Assembly: GCA_963766715.1 (NCBI GenBank)
Contig: CAVYBH010000001.1
Location: 64,001-128,000, forward strand
Origin: an uncultured delta proteobacterium
GTDB taxonomy: Bacteria > Myxococcota > Myxococcia > Myxococcales > Anaeromyxobacteraceae
DNA: 64,000 nt
Reading direction: 5' to 3'
Below the pieces are notes generated by a model that was given only the letters and a program-made list of their open reading frames with translations, ran no database searches and was not told the origin of the DNA. Positions 13,457 to 25,600 of the stretch are shown in pieces (the first letter of the stretch is position 1; each line of letters opens with the position of its first letter). The position numbers and the translations under genes are program-made.

Positions 13457-14918
13457 ATGTCTCCCGCGGTCGCCATCGCCGCCCTCGCCCTCGCCGCCGC
13501 GGCGCCCCGCCACGTCACGATCGTCTACCTCGCCGACCTCTCCGGCTGGCTCGAGCCCTGCGGGTGCAGCGCCAACCAGCGGGGCGGCCTGGCCCGCGCG
13601 GCCGAGGCCGTCGCCCGGATCCGCGCCGGGAACCCGGACACCGTCCTCGTCGCCGGCGGGGACCTGCTCTTCGAGGGCCCGCTCGATCCGGAGCGGGAGC
13701 GCCAGGACCTGGCCCGGGCCCGGGTCGTCGCCGAGGCCCTCCGCATGATGGGGCTCGCCGCCACCTTCCCCGGGGAACGGGATCTCGTGGCCGGGGAGCC
13801 CTTCGCGAAGGCCACCGGCCTTCCGTTCACCCGGAGCAAGCGGATCGGCCCGGTCGGGCTTCGGCGCGCTCGGCTCGGTCCCGCAGGCTCCCTTCCGCGT
13901 GGCCGTGGTCCACGAGGGCGGGAGCCGGCTCGGCGTGGAGCGGGCGGCCGAGGCGCGGAGGCAGGGGGTCGACCTCGTGCTCGCCGCCCACCGGGAGGGG
14001 CTGCTCGACGACGACGCCAACCGCGCGGTCCTCGACGCGCCCGTGCCCGTCGTGCAGGTCCAGGGGCGGGGGCAGTCGCTGGCGCGGATCGACGTGTTCC
14101 TCACCGGCGATCGCTCGAAGGGGTTCGCCATCCTCCCCGGCGCCTCCGAGCGGGCCGAGGAGCTCGACCTCCTTTCGGCCCGCCGCGGCGAGTACGCCCG
14201 GCGCCGGGCCGCCGCGCTGGCCTCGGGCAACGACGCGCTCGCCGCCGCCCTCGCGGCCAAGGCGTCCGAGCTGGAGGAGCGCGAGCTCGCGCTGCGGGCC
14301 ACGCCGCTCCCCGTCCCTCCCACCGACCGGCCCTCCATCCAGGTGAGCTTCGTCCCGCTCACCGACGACCTGCCCGAGGACAAGAAGGTCCGCGCCCTGC
14401 TCACCCGTCACTACGGCGAGGTGGCGCGCCTGAACCTGGCCGCGGCCAAGGCGCGGGGGAAGCCGTGCCCCGACGTCGCCAGCGCCGTCCCGTCCTTCGT
14501 CGGCGTCGACGAGGTGCCCCGGGGCGGAACCCGCGACTGCAAGGGATGCCACCCGGCCGCGTTCGCCTCCTGGGAGAAGACCCGCCACGCGGGCGCCTAC
14601 GAGACGCTGGTGAAGGGAAGCCGGCAGTTCGACCTCGACTGCGTCTCCTGCCACGTCACGGGCTGGAAGCTGCCGGGGGGGCCGTGCGACGTGGCCTCCA
14701 CCGAGGGGCGCCGCGGCGTGCAATGCGAGGCGTGCCACGGACCGGCGAGCCTCCACGCGGTCGACCCGCCCGGACACATCGTCCGGGACCCGGCCCCGGC
14801 CACCTGCACCGCGTGTCACACACCGGACCACAGCACCGGCTTCGAGCCCACCAGCTTCCGGAAAAGGGTGCTCGGGCCCGGGCACGGGGAGTCCGGGGCG
14901 ACCCAAACCCTCCCCTGA
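13457..14918 (+). CDS. Secreted multiheme (4x CxxCH) cytochrome c with N-terminal UshA/metallophosphoesterase-like CGC domain; frameshift near 13860
   Basis: Signal peptide; YLADLSGWLEPCGC…GGLAR…GGDLLF; hemes CKGCH, CVSCH, CEACH, CTACH in ORF 13899..14918. Confidence 0.8.
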
Positions 14919-14983
14919 CCTTCCGGGCCGGGCCAACTCCGGTTAACATCGGCCAGACCCTGTACCCTCTTTCCGGGACACGC

Positions 14984-16724
14984 ATGCCGATGAGCAGGAC
15001 CCGCTTCCTGATCGCGCTCGTCGCGGTCGCCTTCGCCGCGCAGGCCCGAGCCGCCGAGACCTCGGCGGGTGGGGACCCTGCCGCCCCTGCCCTGGCCGAG
15101 CCGGTGGCCGCTCCGTCCGCGCCCGCCGAGCCGCGGCCGGGCTGCCGCCGACGCCGGGGACGCGCCGGAGGTCGAGAAGGAGCTGGAGGCGCAGTCGGCC
15201 GAGATCGACGAGGTCCGCCTGGCCGAGGAGAAGGCCGCGCTCGTGCCGCTGGCCCACCCCGAGGACAGCGCCGCCCGCGAGGCGATCCGGCTCGGCACCG
15301 AGTCGCCCATTCGCCAGCGGCTGGACCGCGCGCTCTCCCGCGACACCGCCCCCCTTCCCGACGAGGACGCCGGCTCGATCGCGATGCTGCCGGAGGTCGG
15401 GCACGACCTGCGCCGGCTCCAGGCCGAGTACGACATCCCGATCGACATGAACGAGGCGGTGGTCTCCTACGTCCGCTTCTTCCAGACGCCGGTGGTGCGA
15501 AAGCACTTCGTGAAGTGGCTGGGCCGGCTCCCCCGGTACCAGGAGCGCTACCGCGCCATCCTGCGCGAGGCCGGGCTCCCCGAGGACACCATCTTCCTCG
15601 CCATGATCGAGAGCGGGTTCGCGAACCTGGCCTACTCCCGCGCCAAGGCCGCGGGCCCGTGGCAGTTCATGCCCGCCACCGGCAAGCGCATGGGGCTCGC
15701 CCAGGACTTCTGGGTGGACGAGCGGCGCGACCCGGAGAAGTCCGCCCGCGCCGCCGCGGCCTACCTGAAAGCGCTCTACGCCGAGTTCGGCGACTGGCGC
15801 CTGGCCTGGGCCGGCTACAACGCCGGCGAGGGGAAGATCGAGAAGGCCAAGAAGAAGGGGCAGCTCGACTTCTGGACCATGGCGCGCGGCAAGATCCTGA
15901 AGCGCGAGACCAAGGGCTACGTGCCCAAGCTCATGGCGGCGGCCATCATCTCCAAGCACCCGGAGGCCTTCGGGTTCCGCAAGGAGGAGATCGAGGCCGA
16001 GGCCTGGACCGCGTACGAGCGGGTGAACGTGCCCCACGCCGTCGAGCTCGAGGCCGTCGCCCGCGCCGCCGAGCTGACGCCGAAGGAGATCCACGACCTC
16101 AACCCGGAGCTGCGCCGGAGCTGCACGCCGCCGCGCGGCTACGACGTGAAGCTCCCCGTGGGCACGGCGGAGGCCTTCGCGAAGAACTGGCCGTCGATCG
16201 GTCCCACCGCCGCCCTCGGCTTCGCCCATCACACGGTGGTGAAGGGGGAGGGGGTCGCGGCCGTCGCCGCCGCCTACGGCGTCCCGTCCTCCACCATCAT
16301 CCAGATGAACGGGCTCAAGGCGGGCAAGCGCGTGAAGCCCGGCACCGAGCTCGTCATCCCGCTCACCGCCATGGCCCGCCGCTCCGGCGCGCCCGCCAGC
16401 GAGGCGGTCGCGCGGGCCCGCATCGGCGAGCTCCAGAAGAAGAACCCGGCGCTCGTCGAGAAGGAGCCCGCAGCGGCCCGCCCGGTCGCGCGGGCGCCGT
16501 CGGCGAAGCCCGGGCCCGTCGACGCGAACGGGCGCTCCACCGTCCAGGTCCAGGCCGGCGACTCGCTCTGGACCATCTCCCAGCGGCTCGGGGTGGCGCT
16601 CCAGGACCTCTGCGACTGGAACGGCATCAAGAACCCGCGCCGGCACAAGCTGCAGATCGGCAAGGAGCTGGTCGTGTACCCGCGCCAGCCCCAGCCGTCC
16701 GTCCGGGCCGCCGCCGCGGGCTGA
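14984..16724 (+). CDS. MltD-like lytic transglycosylase with SLT and LysM domains; frameshift near 15140
   Basis: Signal peptide MSRTRFLIALVAVAFAAQARA; AMIESGF, GPWQFM, AGYNAGE, ETKGYV; LysM repeats (HTVVKGE, VQAGDSLWTIS). Confidence 0.9.
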
Positions 16725-16882
16725 ATCGAACGCGCCGCGGCTGGATTTTTCCGAGGAAGATCGTGTATGGGGAGACGCCCCGATTGGGTTCTCGGGCGGA
16801 GATTCGCACGTCCGTGAATCCCGGCAGGGGCGAAGCCGTCCAAGCGAGCACAGCAGCACCCCCTCCACGAAAGGAAGTCCCG

Positions 16883-17140
16883 ATGAAGCGTATCGTTGCC
16901 GCCCTCTTCGTCCTCGCCTTCGCCACCACCGCCTCGGCCGACGCGGCCGCCACCTACGCCGCCAAGTGCAAGATGTGCCACGGCGCAGCCGGCGAGGGCA
17001 GCGGCATGGCCAAGGCCCCGATCAAGGGCATGGCCGCCGACAAGGTCCTCAAGGCCATCAACGAGGGCGCCGGCAAGATGAAGCCGGTCAAGATCGACGA
17101 CGCCGCCGACGTGGCGAAGTTCGTCGCCGGGCTGAAGTAG
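16883..17140 (+). CDS. Monoheme class I cytochrome c
   Basis: Signal peptide MKRIVAALFVLAFATTASA; CKMCHG; distal Met in GKMKP; SD-like AAGGAAG. Confidence 0.9.
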   Translation: MKRIVAALFVLAFATTASADAAATYAAKCKMCHGAAGEGSGMAKAPIKGMAADKVLKAINEGAGKMKPVKIDDAADVAKFVAGLK

Positions 17141-17160
17141 TCGACCCGGCCGTTCGGCAT

Positions 17161-17198
17161 CGGGCCGCGGGGCGCTCGCCTCGCGGCCCGTCCATTTT
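17161..17198 (+). terminator. Rho-independent terminator after cytochrome c
   Basis: Stem cgggccgcggggcg / cgcctcgcggcccg followed by tccatttt; lies between convergent genes. Confidence 0.7.
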
Positions 17199-17222
17199 CG
17201 GGGCCCGGAGGCGGGCGGCGCC

Positions 17223-18509
17223 TCAGGAGATGGTTCGGGCCGGATCGACCCGCGCGGCCAGCGCGGCGGGGGCCAGCGCCCCCACCACCGCCGCCGCGAC
17301 CGAGACGCCGACGCCCAGCGCGAAGAGCCAGGGCGGGAAGAGGAAGAAGGTCTCGGGCCGGAACGGGAAGTCGGGCAGGAGCCGGAGCGCGGCCGCGTCC
17401 GCCCCGCGCGCCGCCAGCCAGGCCAGCAGGACCCCGAGGACGCCGCCGGCCAGGCCGACGAGCGCCGCCTCGGCGAGCACCAGGGCCCGCACGTCCCCCG
17501 CCGTCGCGCCGACCGACTGTAATATTGCGATGTCCCGGATGCGGGCCCGGACGCTCGCCGAGAGCGACTGGGCGATGGCGAGCGCCGCGAGCGCCGTCAT
17601 GAGGAGCGCGAGGAGCGCCAGCGCCCCGGCGGTCACCGTGATGGCGAGCCCCACCCGCTCGGCGATGGCCCGCTCTCCCTCGTCGACCGCGAAGCCCATG
17701 CGCCGCACCGCCTCGGCCACGCCCGGCACGTCGTCCGGCCGGCGGGTCTCGAGCACCACCGAGCTGTAGCCGGTGTCCGGCTTGCCGTACTCCTGGTGAA
17801 GCCGGCGGACCGTCTCCACGGGCACGGCCAGCGAGTAGAGCGGGACCCGGTCGGAGAGTCCGGCCAGGGCCAGCCGCGCGTCGTACACCTTGTCCTCGGT
17901 CTTCAGCGGGATGATCGAGAAGCCCACCTGGACCGGGATCTGGAGCCCGACCAGGTCGAGCCCCGGGGGCAGCCGGCGGAGGTTCCACGCCGGGGCGATG
18001 GTCTTGTTGTAGACCTCGAGGAGGCGCCGCGAGGCGAGCACCGGGATGGCCTGGCCGGGCGCGGGATCGCGGAAGTCCCGCCCCGCGGGGAGATCGCCGG
18101 CCACGAGCCCCTCGTCCACGCCCACCACCGGGACCTGGACGGTGAAGCCGGTGGGCCAGTTCATCCGGACGCCCTCGGGCGCCCGGCTCGCGGCGATGGG
18201 GACGCGCAGGGCGAGCCGCCTCCAGGCCCCCTGGACGCCGGGAAGCTCGCGCAGGCGGGCCACCGCCGCGTCGTCCAGCGCGCCGCCGCCCAGCGCCGCG
18301 CCGAGCGAGACCGCGCCCGGCACCACCTCGACGAGGCGGGCGTCGCCGGGGAACATCAGCCGCGCCCCCTGGCCGACGCCCAGGCCGAGGGCGACGAAGA
18401 AGACGAGCGCCGCGGCGCCCACGCAGGCCGCGGCCGTGTTCACGGCCGTGCCGCGCCGGTCGGACCGGAGGTTCAGGGAGGCCAGGTGGACGAGCGAGCG
18501 GACCCTCAC
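17223..18509 (-). CDS. MacB/FtsX-like ABC transporter permease
   Basis: N-terminal TM, large periplasmic domain, C-terminal RIRDIAILQSVGA…EAALVGLAGG…AARVDP pattern. Confidence 0.85.
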   Translation of the reverse strand: MRVRSLVHLASLNLRSDRRGTAVNTAAACVGAAALVFFVALGLGVGQGARLMFPGDARLVEVVPGAVSLGAALGGGALDDAAVARLRELPGVQGAWRRLALRVPIAASRAPEGVRMNWPTGFTVQVPVVGVDEGLVAGDLPAGRDFRDPAPGQAIPVLASRRLLEVYNKTIAPAWNLRRLPPGLDLVGLQIPVQVGFSIIPLKTEDKVYDARLALAGLSDRVPLYSLAVPVETVRRLHQEYGKPDTGYSSVVLETRRPDDVPGVAEAVRRMGFAVDEGERAIAERVGLAITVTAGALALLALLMTALAALAIAQSLSASVRARIRDIAILQSVGATAGDVRALVLAEAALVGLAGGVLGVLLAWLAARGADAAALRLLPDFPFRPETFFLFPPWLFALGVGVSVAAAVVGALAPAALAARVDPARTIS

Positions 18510-19180
18510 CGCAGCCTCCCGTCCTCGAGGTGGAGGACCCGCCCGGCGGCGGCGGAGACCCGCTCCTCGTGCGTGACCACGAGGACGGTCACGCCGTCCT
18601 GCTGCATGCCGGTGAAGAGCTGGATCACCGCCTCGCCGCTGCGGGCGTCGAGGTTGCCGGTGGGCTCGTCGGCGAGCAGCACGGCCGGGCGCGAGAGGAG
18701 GGCGCGCGCGATGGCGACCCGCTGGCGCTCCCCGCCGGAGAGCCGGCCGGGAAGCCGGGCCGCCTTGTCGGCGAGGCCGACCCGGTCGAGCGCCTCGATG
18801 GCGCGAGCCCGCAGCTTCGGCAGCGGAAGCGACGCCACGCCCGGCGGGCGGAAGAGGCCGGGGAGGAGCACGTTCTCCACCGCGGGAAGCGCGGGGAGGA
18901 GGTTGAAGGACTGGAAGACGAAGCCCACCGACTCGTTGCGGAAGGCCGCACGCTCCCGGGCGCCGAGGTCGCGCAGGTTCCGGCCCGCCACCACCGCGTC
19001 CCCCTCGAAATCGGCGTCGAGGCCGCCGGCGACGTAGAGCAGCGTGGACTTGCCCGAGCCGGACGCGCCGACGACGGCGGTGAACTCGCCGCGGGCCACC
19101 TCCAGGTCGAGGTCGCGCAGCACCTCCACCTCGCGCTCCCCGTCGCGGAAGTGCTTGCGGATGTGGCGAAGCGAGATCAC
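18506..19180 (-). CDS. ABC transporter ATP-binding protein (LolD/MacB type)
   Basis: GASGSGKST, LSGGERQRVAIARAL, LLADEPTGNLD, VTHE. GTG at 19180 overlaps the upstream stop. Confidence 0.92.
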   Translation of the reverse strand: MISLRHIRKHFRDGEREVEVLRDLDLEVARGEFTAVVGASGSGKSTLLYVAGGLDADFEGDAVVAGRNLRDLGARERAAFRNESVGFVFQSFNLLPALPAVENVLLPGLFRPPGVASLPLPKLRARAIEALDRVGLADKAARLPGRLSGGERQRVAIARALLSRPAVLLADEPTGNLDARSGEAVIQLFTGMQQDGVTVLVVTHEERVSAAAGRVLHLEDGRLR

Positions 19181-20793
19181 GGCCGGGGCTGAGGGGCGCT
19201 TCGGCCGTCCACGTCCAGGTCGAGGATGGCCGCCCCGGGCGCGAGGTCGAGCCGCAGCGAGATGGCCGCGAGCGAGCCGGCGGGCTCGAGGTAGCGGCTC
19301 ACCAGCGACCGCATCACCACGGCGTTCGGCCCGGTGCCGTACGCCTCCTCCGGCAGGGCCTCGACCGACCGGGCCAGGTGATCGACGTCGAGCACGACGC
19401 CACCGAGGCCGGTCGAGAGCGCCCGCTTCGCCGCCGGCGACGGGGGATCGAAGCCCGGGGCGCCGGCGGAGGCCCGCGCCTCCAGCGCGGCGAGGCGGGG
19501 CGCCCCTCCGGCCACGAGCAGGCGGTCTCCGGCGAGCGAGAGCCCGAGCTGGGCCTTCCCCCAGGAGAGCGTCCAGCCGGTGGGCGCGGCGGCCGGGCCT
19601 CGCGGCGCGGCCTGGAGGCCGAGGCGGCGGCCGGCCTTCTGGAGACGGGCGAGGAAGGCGCGGAGCACGGCGGGGTCCCGGACCGGGAGCGCGGCGTCGA
19701 GCTGGACGAAGGAGAAGGGGTCGCTTCGCCGGAGGTCGAAGCGCGGGGAGGAGAAGTCGGTGACCGTGAAGGTGGGCGCGAGCGCGAGGGAGACGGCCGC
19801 GCCGGGACCGAAGGCGGGCGAGAGGTCGCGAACGGGGTCGAGCTGGTTCGCCGCGAAGGCCTTCTTCACGTCGGGCGGGTACCAGGGCTCGAGCCGCCGG
19901 GCGGCCTCGGCGGGATCGCCGGCCCAGCGCAGCACCAGCGCCGCCTCGGGCGGGAGCAGCGCCACCGAGCCCTCCGTCGCGGGCCGGCGACGCCGCCGAG
20001 CGCCTTCCACCAGGCCTCCCGCTCCGGGGAGAGGAGCAGCGCGAGGCGGATCCCCAGCTGGGTCGCCTCGGCCCGGACCCCGAGCGCGACGCCGTCGCGG
20101 GCCGGGCGCAGGTCGCCGAGCGCCGCCGAGCCCGCCGGCGCGAGGACCGACACGAGCCAGCCCGGGCCGAGGGCCGACGAGCGCCCGCGCCGCGGCCGGG
20201 CTCTTCCAGAGGGAGCTCGGCCTCGGGGAGGACGGCGGCGCCGGCGACCGCCTCCGGCGCGTCCGGACCCGAGGCGAGGAGCACGTGCGGCCCCACCGCA
20301 TGCGTAGGCGAGCGCCGAGGGGCCCTGGGTCTCCCGGCGGAAGCTCACCACGTCGACCCCGCGGACCTTGGCGGTCAAGCGCTGGGAGGCGCCCATCCGA
20401 TCGCGGGCCAGCCGGGCCACGGTGGCGTCGAGCTTCGCGAGGTCGAGGACGGGGAGGACCAGCACGGGCGGGCGCCCGGGACCCCCGGCCGCGGCGGCGG
20501 CGCCGGCCGGGTCGACGCCGGCCTGCTCGAGCCCGCTGAGGGTCGAGGGGGTCGAAGCCCAGCTGGGACTTCACCGCCGAATGCGCCTCGGCGAGCTGGG
20601 CGGCCTGGGGCGCCTGCGCGATGGTGCGGTAGAGTGCGCCCGCCTGCCGGGCCGCCGTGCCCAGGGCAGGCACGAGCACCGCGATCGGTGCGTCGGCGGG
20701 AACATAGCGTTCGGGCGGAGGGTACTCGCGCTTGCGGCCGCAGGCCGAGGCGAGGAGCAGCGAGCACAGCGCGACGGCCAGGGCACGACGCAT
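19177..20793 (-). CDS. Uncharacterised lipoprotein (several frameshifts)
   Basis: Lipobox LLLASAC; coding sense hops between three frames; translationally coupled to the ABC ATPase. Confidence 0.7.
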   Translation of the reverse strand: MRRALAVALCSLLLASACGRKREYPPPERYVPADAPIAVLVPALGTAARQAGALYRTIAQAPQAAQLAEAHSAVKSQLGFDPLDPQRARAGRRRPGRRRRRGRGSRAPARAGPPRPRPREARRHRGPAGPRSDGRLPALDRQGPRGRRGELPPGDPGPLGARLRMRWGRTCSSPRVRTRRRRSPAPPSSPRPSSLWKSPAAARALVGPRPGLARVGPRAGGLGGARRPAPGPRRRRARGPGRGDPAGDPPRAAPLPGAGGLVEGARRRRRPATEGSVALLPPEAALVLRWAGDPAEAARRLEPWYPPDVKKAFAANQLDPVRDLSPAFGPGAAVSLALAPTFTVTDFSSPRFDLRRSDPFSFVQLDAALPVRDPAVLRAFLARLQKAGRRLGLQAAPRGPAAAPTGWTLSWGKAQLGLSLAGDRLLVAGGAPRLAALEARASAGAPGFDPPSPAAKRALSTGLGGVVLDVDHLARSVEALPEEAYGTGPNAVVMRSLVSRYLEPAGSLAAISLRLDLAPGAAILDLDVDGRSAPQPRP

Positions 20794-20836
20794 GGGCCGC
20801 CATTATCACCGAAAAACGGCGAGGGACCTCGAGAGG

Positions 20837-21454
20837 ATGATCTTTTCGGACGGAGACGAAGCCCCCATCGCGCTCGACCTGCATCCCGACTGGGACGGGA
20901 CGCTCGGTCCACCGGCCCGGAACCTCGAGCTGGAGATCGGGTCCGGGCACGGAGGCTACGCGCTCGCCTTCGGGGCGCGACACCCGGATCGGGTGCTGGT
21001 GGCGGTCGAGCAGCGGAAGAAGTTCGCCGCCGACCTCGAGGACCGCGCCCGCCGGCGCAAGCTCGGGAACCTGGTCGTCCTGACCGGCGACGCCCGCCTG
21101 CTCGCACCCCGGATCTTCCGGGAGGGATCGCTCGCCGCGGTCCACGTCCACTTCCCCGACCCGTGGTGGAAGCGGAAGCACGAGCGGAGGCGCCTCGTCG
21201 ACGACGGCATGTCGACGCTTCTGCTCCGGCTCCTGCGCCCGGGCGGCCTCCTCGACTTCCGGACCGACGTGGAGCGCTACGCCCGGGACGCGGTCGTCCG
21301 GCTCGAGGAGGCGGGGTTCGAGAACGCGCTCGGGTCCGGCCGCTTCGCCGAGCGGGACGCCGACGAGATCCCCTCCACGCGCGAGAAGCGCTACCTCGCC
21401 ACCGGCCAGCCGGTCTGGCGCCTCCGCATGCTGCGCCCCCGGGAGATCCGATGA
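20837..21454 (+). CDS. trmB: tRNA (guanine-N7)-methyltransferase
   Basis: LEIGSGHG, HFPDPWWKRKHERRRL, FRTD, TREKRY. Start could alternatively be 20792. Confidence 0.88.
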   Translation: MIFSDGDEAPIALDLHPDWDGTLGPPARNLELEIGSGHGGYALAFGARHPDRVLVAVEQRKKFAADLEDRARRRKLGNLVVLTGDARLLAPRIFREGSLAAVHVHFPDPWWKRKHERRRLVDDGMSTLLLRLLRPGGLLDFRTDVERYARDAVVRLEEAGFENALGSGRFAERDADEIPSTREKRYLATGQPVWRLRMLRPREIR

Positions 21455-21859
21455 CCCAGCGCCTTGCCGCCGTCCTGCTGGCCTCCGCCCTGGCCGGGCT
21501 GCTGCCGGCCTGCCAGCGCGACCTGCCCCCCGACGCGACCTACCGGGCGCTCGTCCGCGCCGTGGCCGAGCGCGACGAGTCGGCGGCCTGGAACCTGCTC
21601 TCCTCGGCCACGCAGAAGCGGCTCGAGGAGAAGGCCCGGGTGGCGGCCGCGGCGGCGCCCGGCGTGGTGCCGGCGAGCGCCCGCGCGATGCTCGTCGGGC
21701 GACGCCTCCCTGTCCGTCCGTCCGCCCTCCGCGATCAGCGTGGTCGGCGGCTCGGCGGACCGGACCGTGCTCCGCGTGGAGGCGCCCGGGAGCGCCCCCC
21801 GCGACGTGGTCCTGGTCCGCGAGGGCGGCGCCTGGCGCGTGGCCCTGCCGGCGCAGTAG
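21451..21859 (+). CDS. Small lipoprotein; frameshift near 21700
   Basis: MTQRLAAVLLASALAGLLPAC lipobox; C-terminal LVREGGAWRV (NTF2-like tail) in the shifted frame. Confidence 0.65.
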
Positions 21860-21887
21860 CCGGAAGCCGGTACCCTCTGTTATCTAA

Positions 21888-24597
<2,710 letters not shown>

Positions 24598-24906
24598 AGG
24601 GTCGTGCGGCCTCGCGCGGGTGCGGAGTCCGCGTCACCCCGTGTGGCCTCGTCGCTGGGGGCGCTCGGTCCTCGCTCCGCGGGGGGCCCGGGGTCGCGGT
24701 GAACGATCGACGCATCCGCCTCGGGGCCGCGACGACCGTGGACCTCGAGGAGGTCGCTGCGGATGCGCCCCGCGCCGAGGCCCCCTGGGTGGAGGAAGAA
24801 CCGCCCCCTCGTGTGGCCACCGGCAGCGAAGGTCGCCGAGTAGCGAGGTTCGGTTCGACGGCGCCGCGGGATCCGGCCGCGCCGGCGACGGCGTCACCTT
24901 CCTTGC

Positions 24907-25061
24907 GCAGCCGGCCGGCCGTCGACGCGCGCAGAAACGCCTCCGCAGGGGCGACGAGCCTCGCGAGCGCCCGCGAACGCGGTGCCTCGTCGCCATTCAC
25001 TCCAAGCAAACCCGCGCCCGAGGACCAGCGTTTCGGAGAGCGCCGACGGCCGGCCGGCGGC
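24907..25061. repeat. Nested imperfect inverted repeat (long hairpin)
   Basis: Arms 24907-24940 and 25028-25061 match at 29/34; inner perfect 9-bp stem 24950-24958 / 24986-24994. Confidence 0.75.
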
Positions 25062-25178
25062 CTCCAGAGCCTGCCGATCTCCTCCGACGCGGTCCCGATC
25101 GACGTCGACCTCGAAAAGATTCGGAGCGGATGTCAAGCCCCGCACTCGTGTTGGCGCGCTGCGTCGCTTCCTCGCCCG

Positions 25179-25208
25179 TTGACCGCGCCTCGCCGCCGCA
25201 CCTACGAT
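25179..25208 (+). promoter_or_regulatory. Sigma70-type promoter
   Basis: TTGACC, 18 nt, TACGAT, directly upstream of the 25220 ORF. Confidence 0.6.
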
Positions 25209-25219
25209 GCGCCGGAGAG

Positions 25220-25594
25220 GTGAGGCCCCTGACGATCACGGTGCGAACGGCTCGACGCGAGACCCCGGTCATCGAACTGGCGCGGGTTCGCGACGAGCGT
25301 CGTCTGGTGGACTACCAGCGGCGCACGCGCCAGGTGCAGGACGCGAACAAGCGGGCGCTGGCGCGTCTCTTCCAGTCCGGCGTGATCTACTCCCGCGCCG
25401 GCTCCCGGCTGGCCCGCGACCTGCTGCTCGCCCACCAGCACCTGCTCAAGGTGGCCGATCTCCTGTCGCGGCTCGGCGAGATGGATTCGCCGGAGCGCTT
25501 CGACGCCGAGGCCGTCTACGACGAGGTCCACGCGCTGCTCTCGCGGACCACCGCCCTGTCCGCGCGCTCCGACGGGATCCTGGCGCGGAAGTAG
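25220..25594 (+). CDS. Small alpha-helical hypothetical protein
   Basis: Strong GC3 codon pattern over the 3' part of ORF 24620..25594; own promoter. Start uncertain. Confidence 0.7.
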   Translation: MRPLTITVRTARRETPVIELARVRDERRLVDYQRRTRQVQDANKRALARLFQSGVIYSRAGSRLARDLLLAHQHLLKVADLLSRLGEMDSPERFDAEAVYDEVHALLSRTTALSARSDGILARK

Positions 25595-25600
25595 CGGCGC

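Noticed and set aside
13556..13570. Selenocysteine at the CGC motif
   Set aside because: Both codons are TGC; there is no in-frame TGA.
24657..25110. tmRNA or RNase P RNA in the post-alaS gap
   Set aside because: GGGGGCG is present, but there is no following TTCGAC or TCCACCA end, and no GAGGAAAGTCC or CGGCTTA signature.
25151..25168. Sigma54 promoter TTGGCGCG…TCGC
   Set aside because: GG-GC spacing is off by one and the -12 element is poor.
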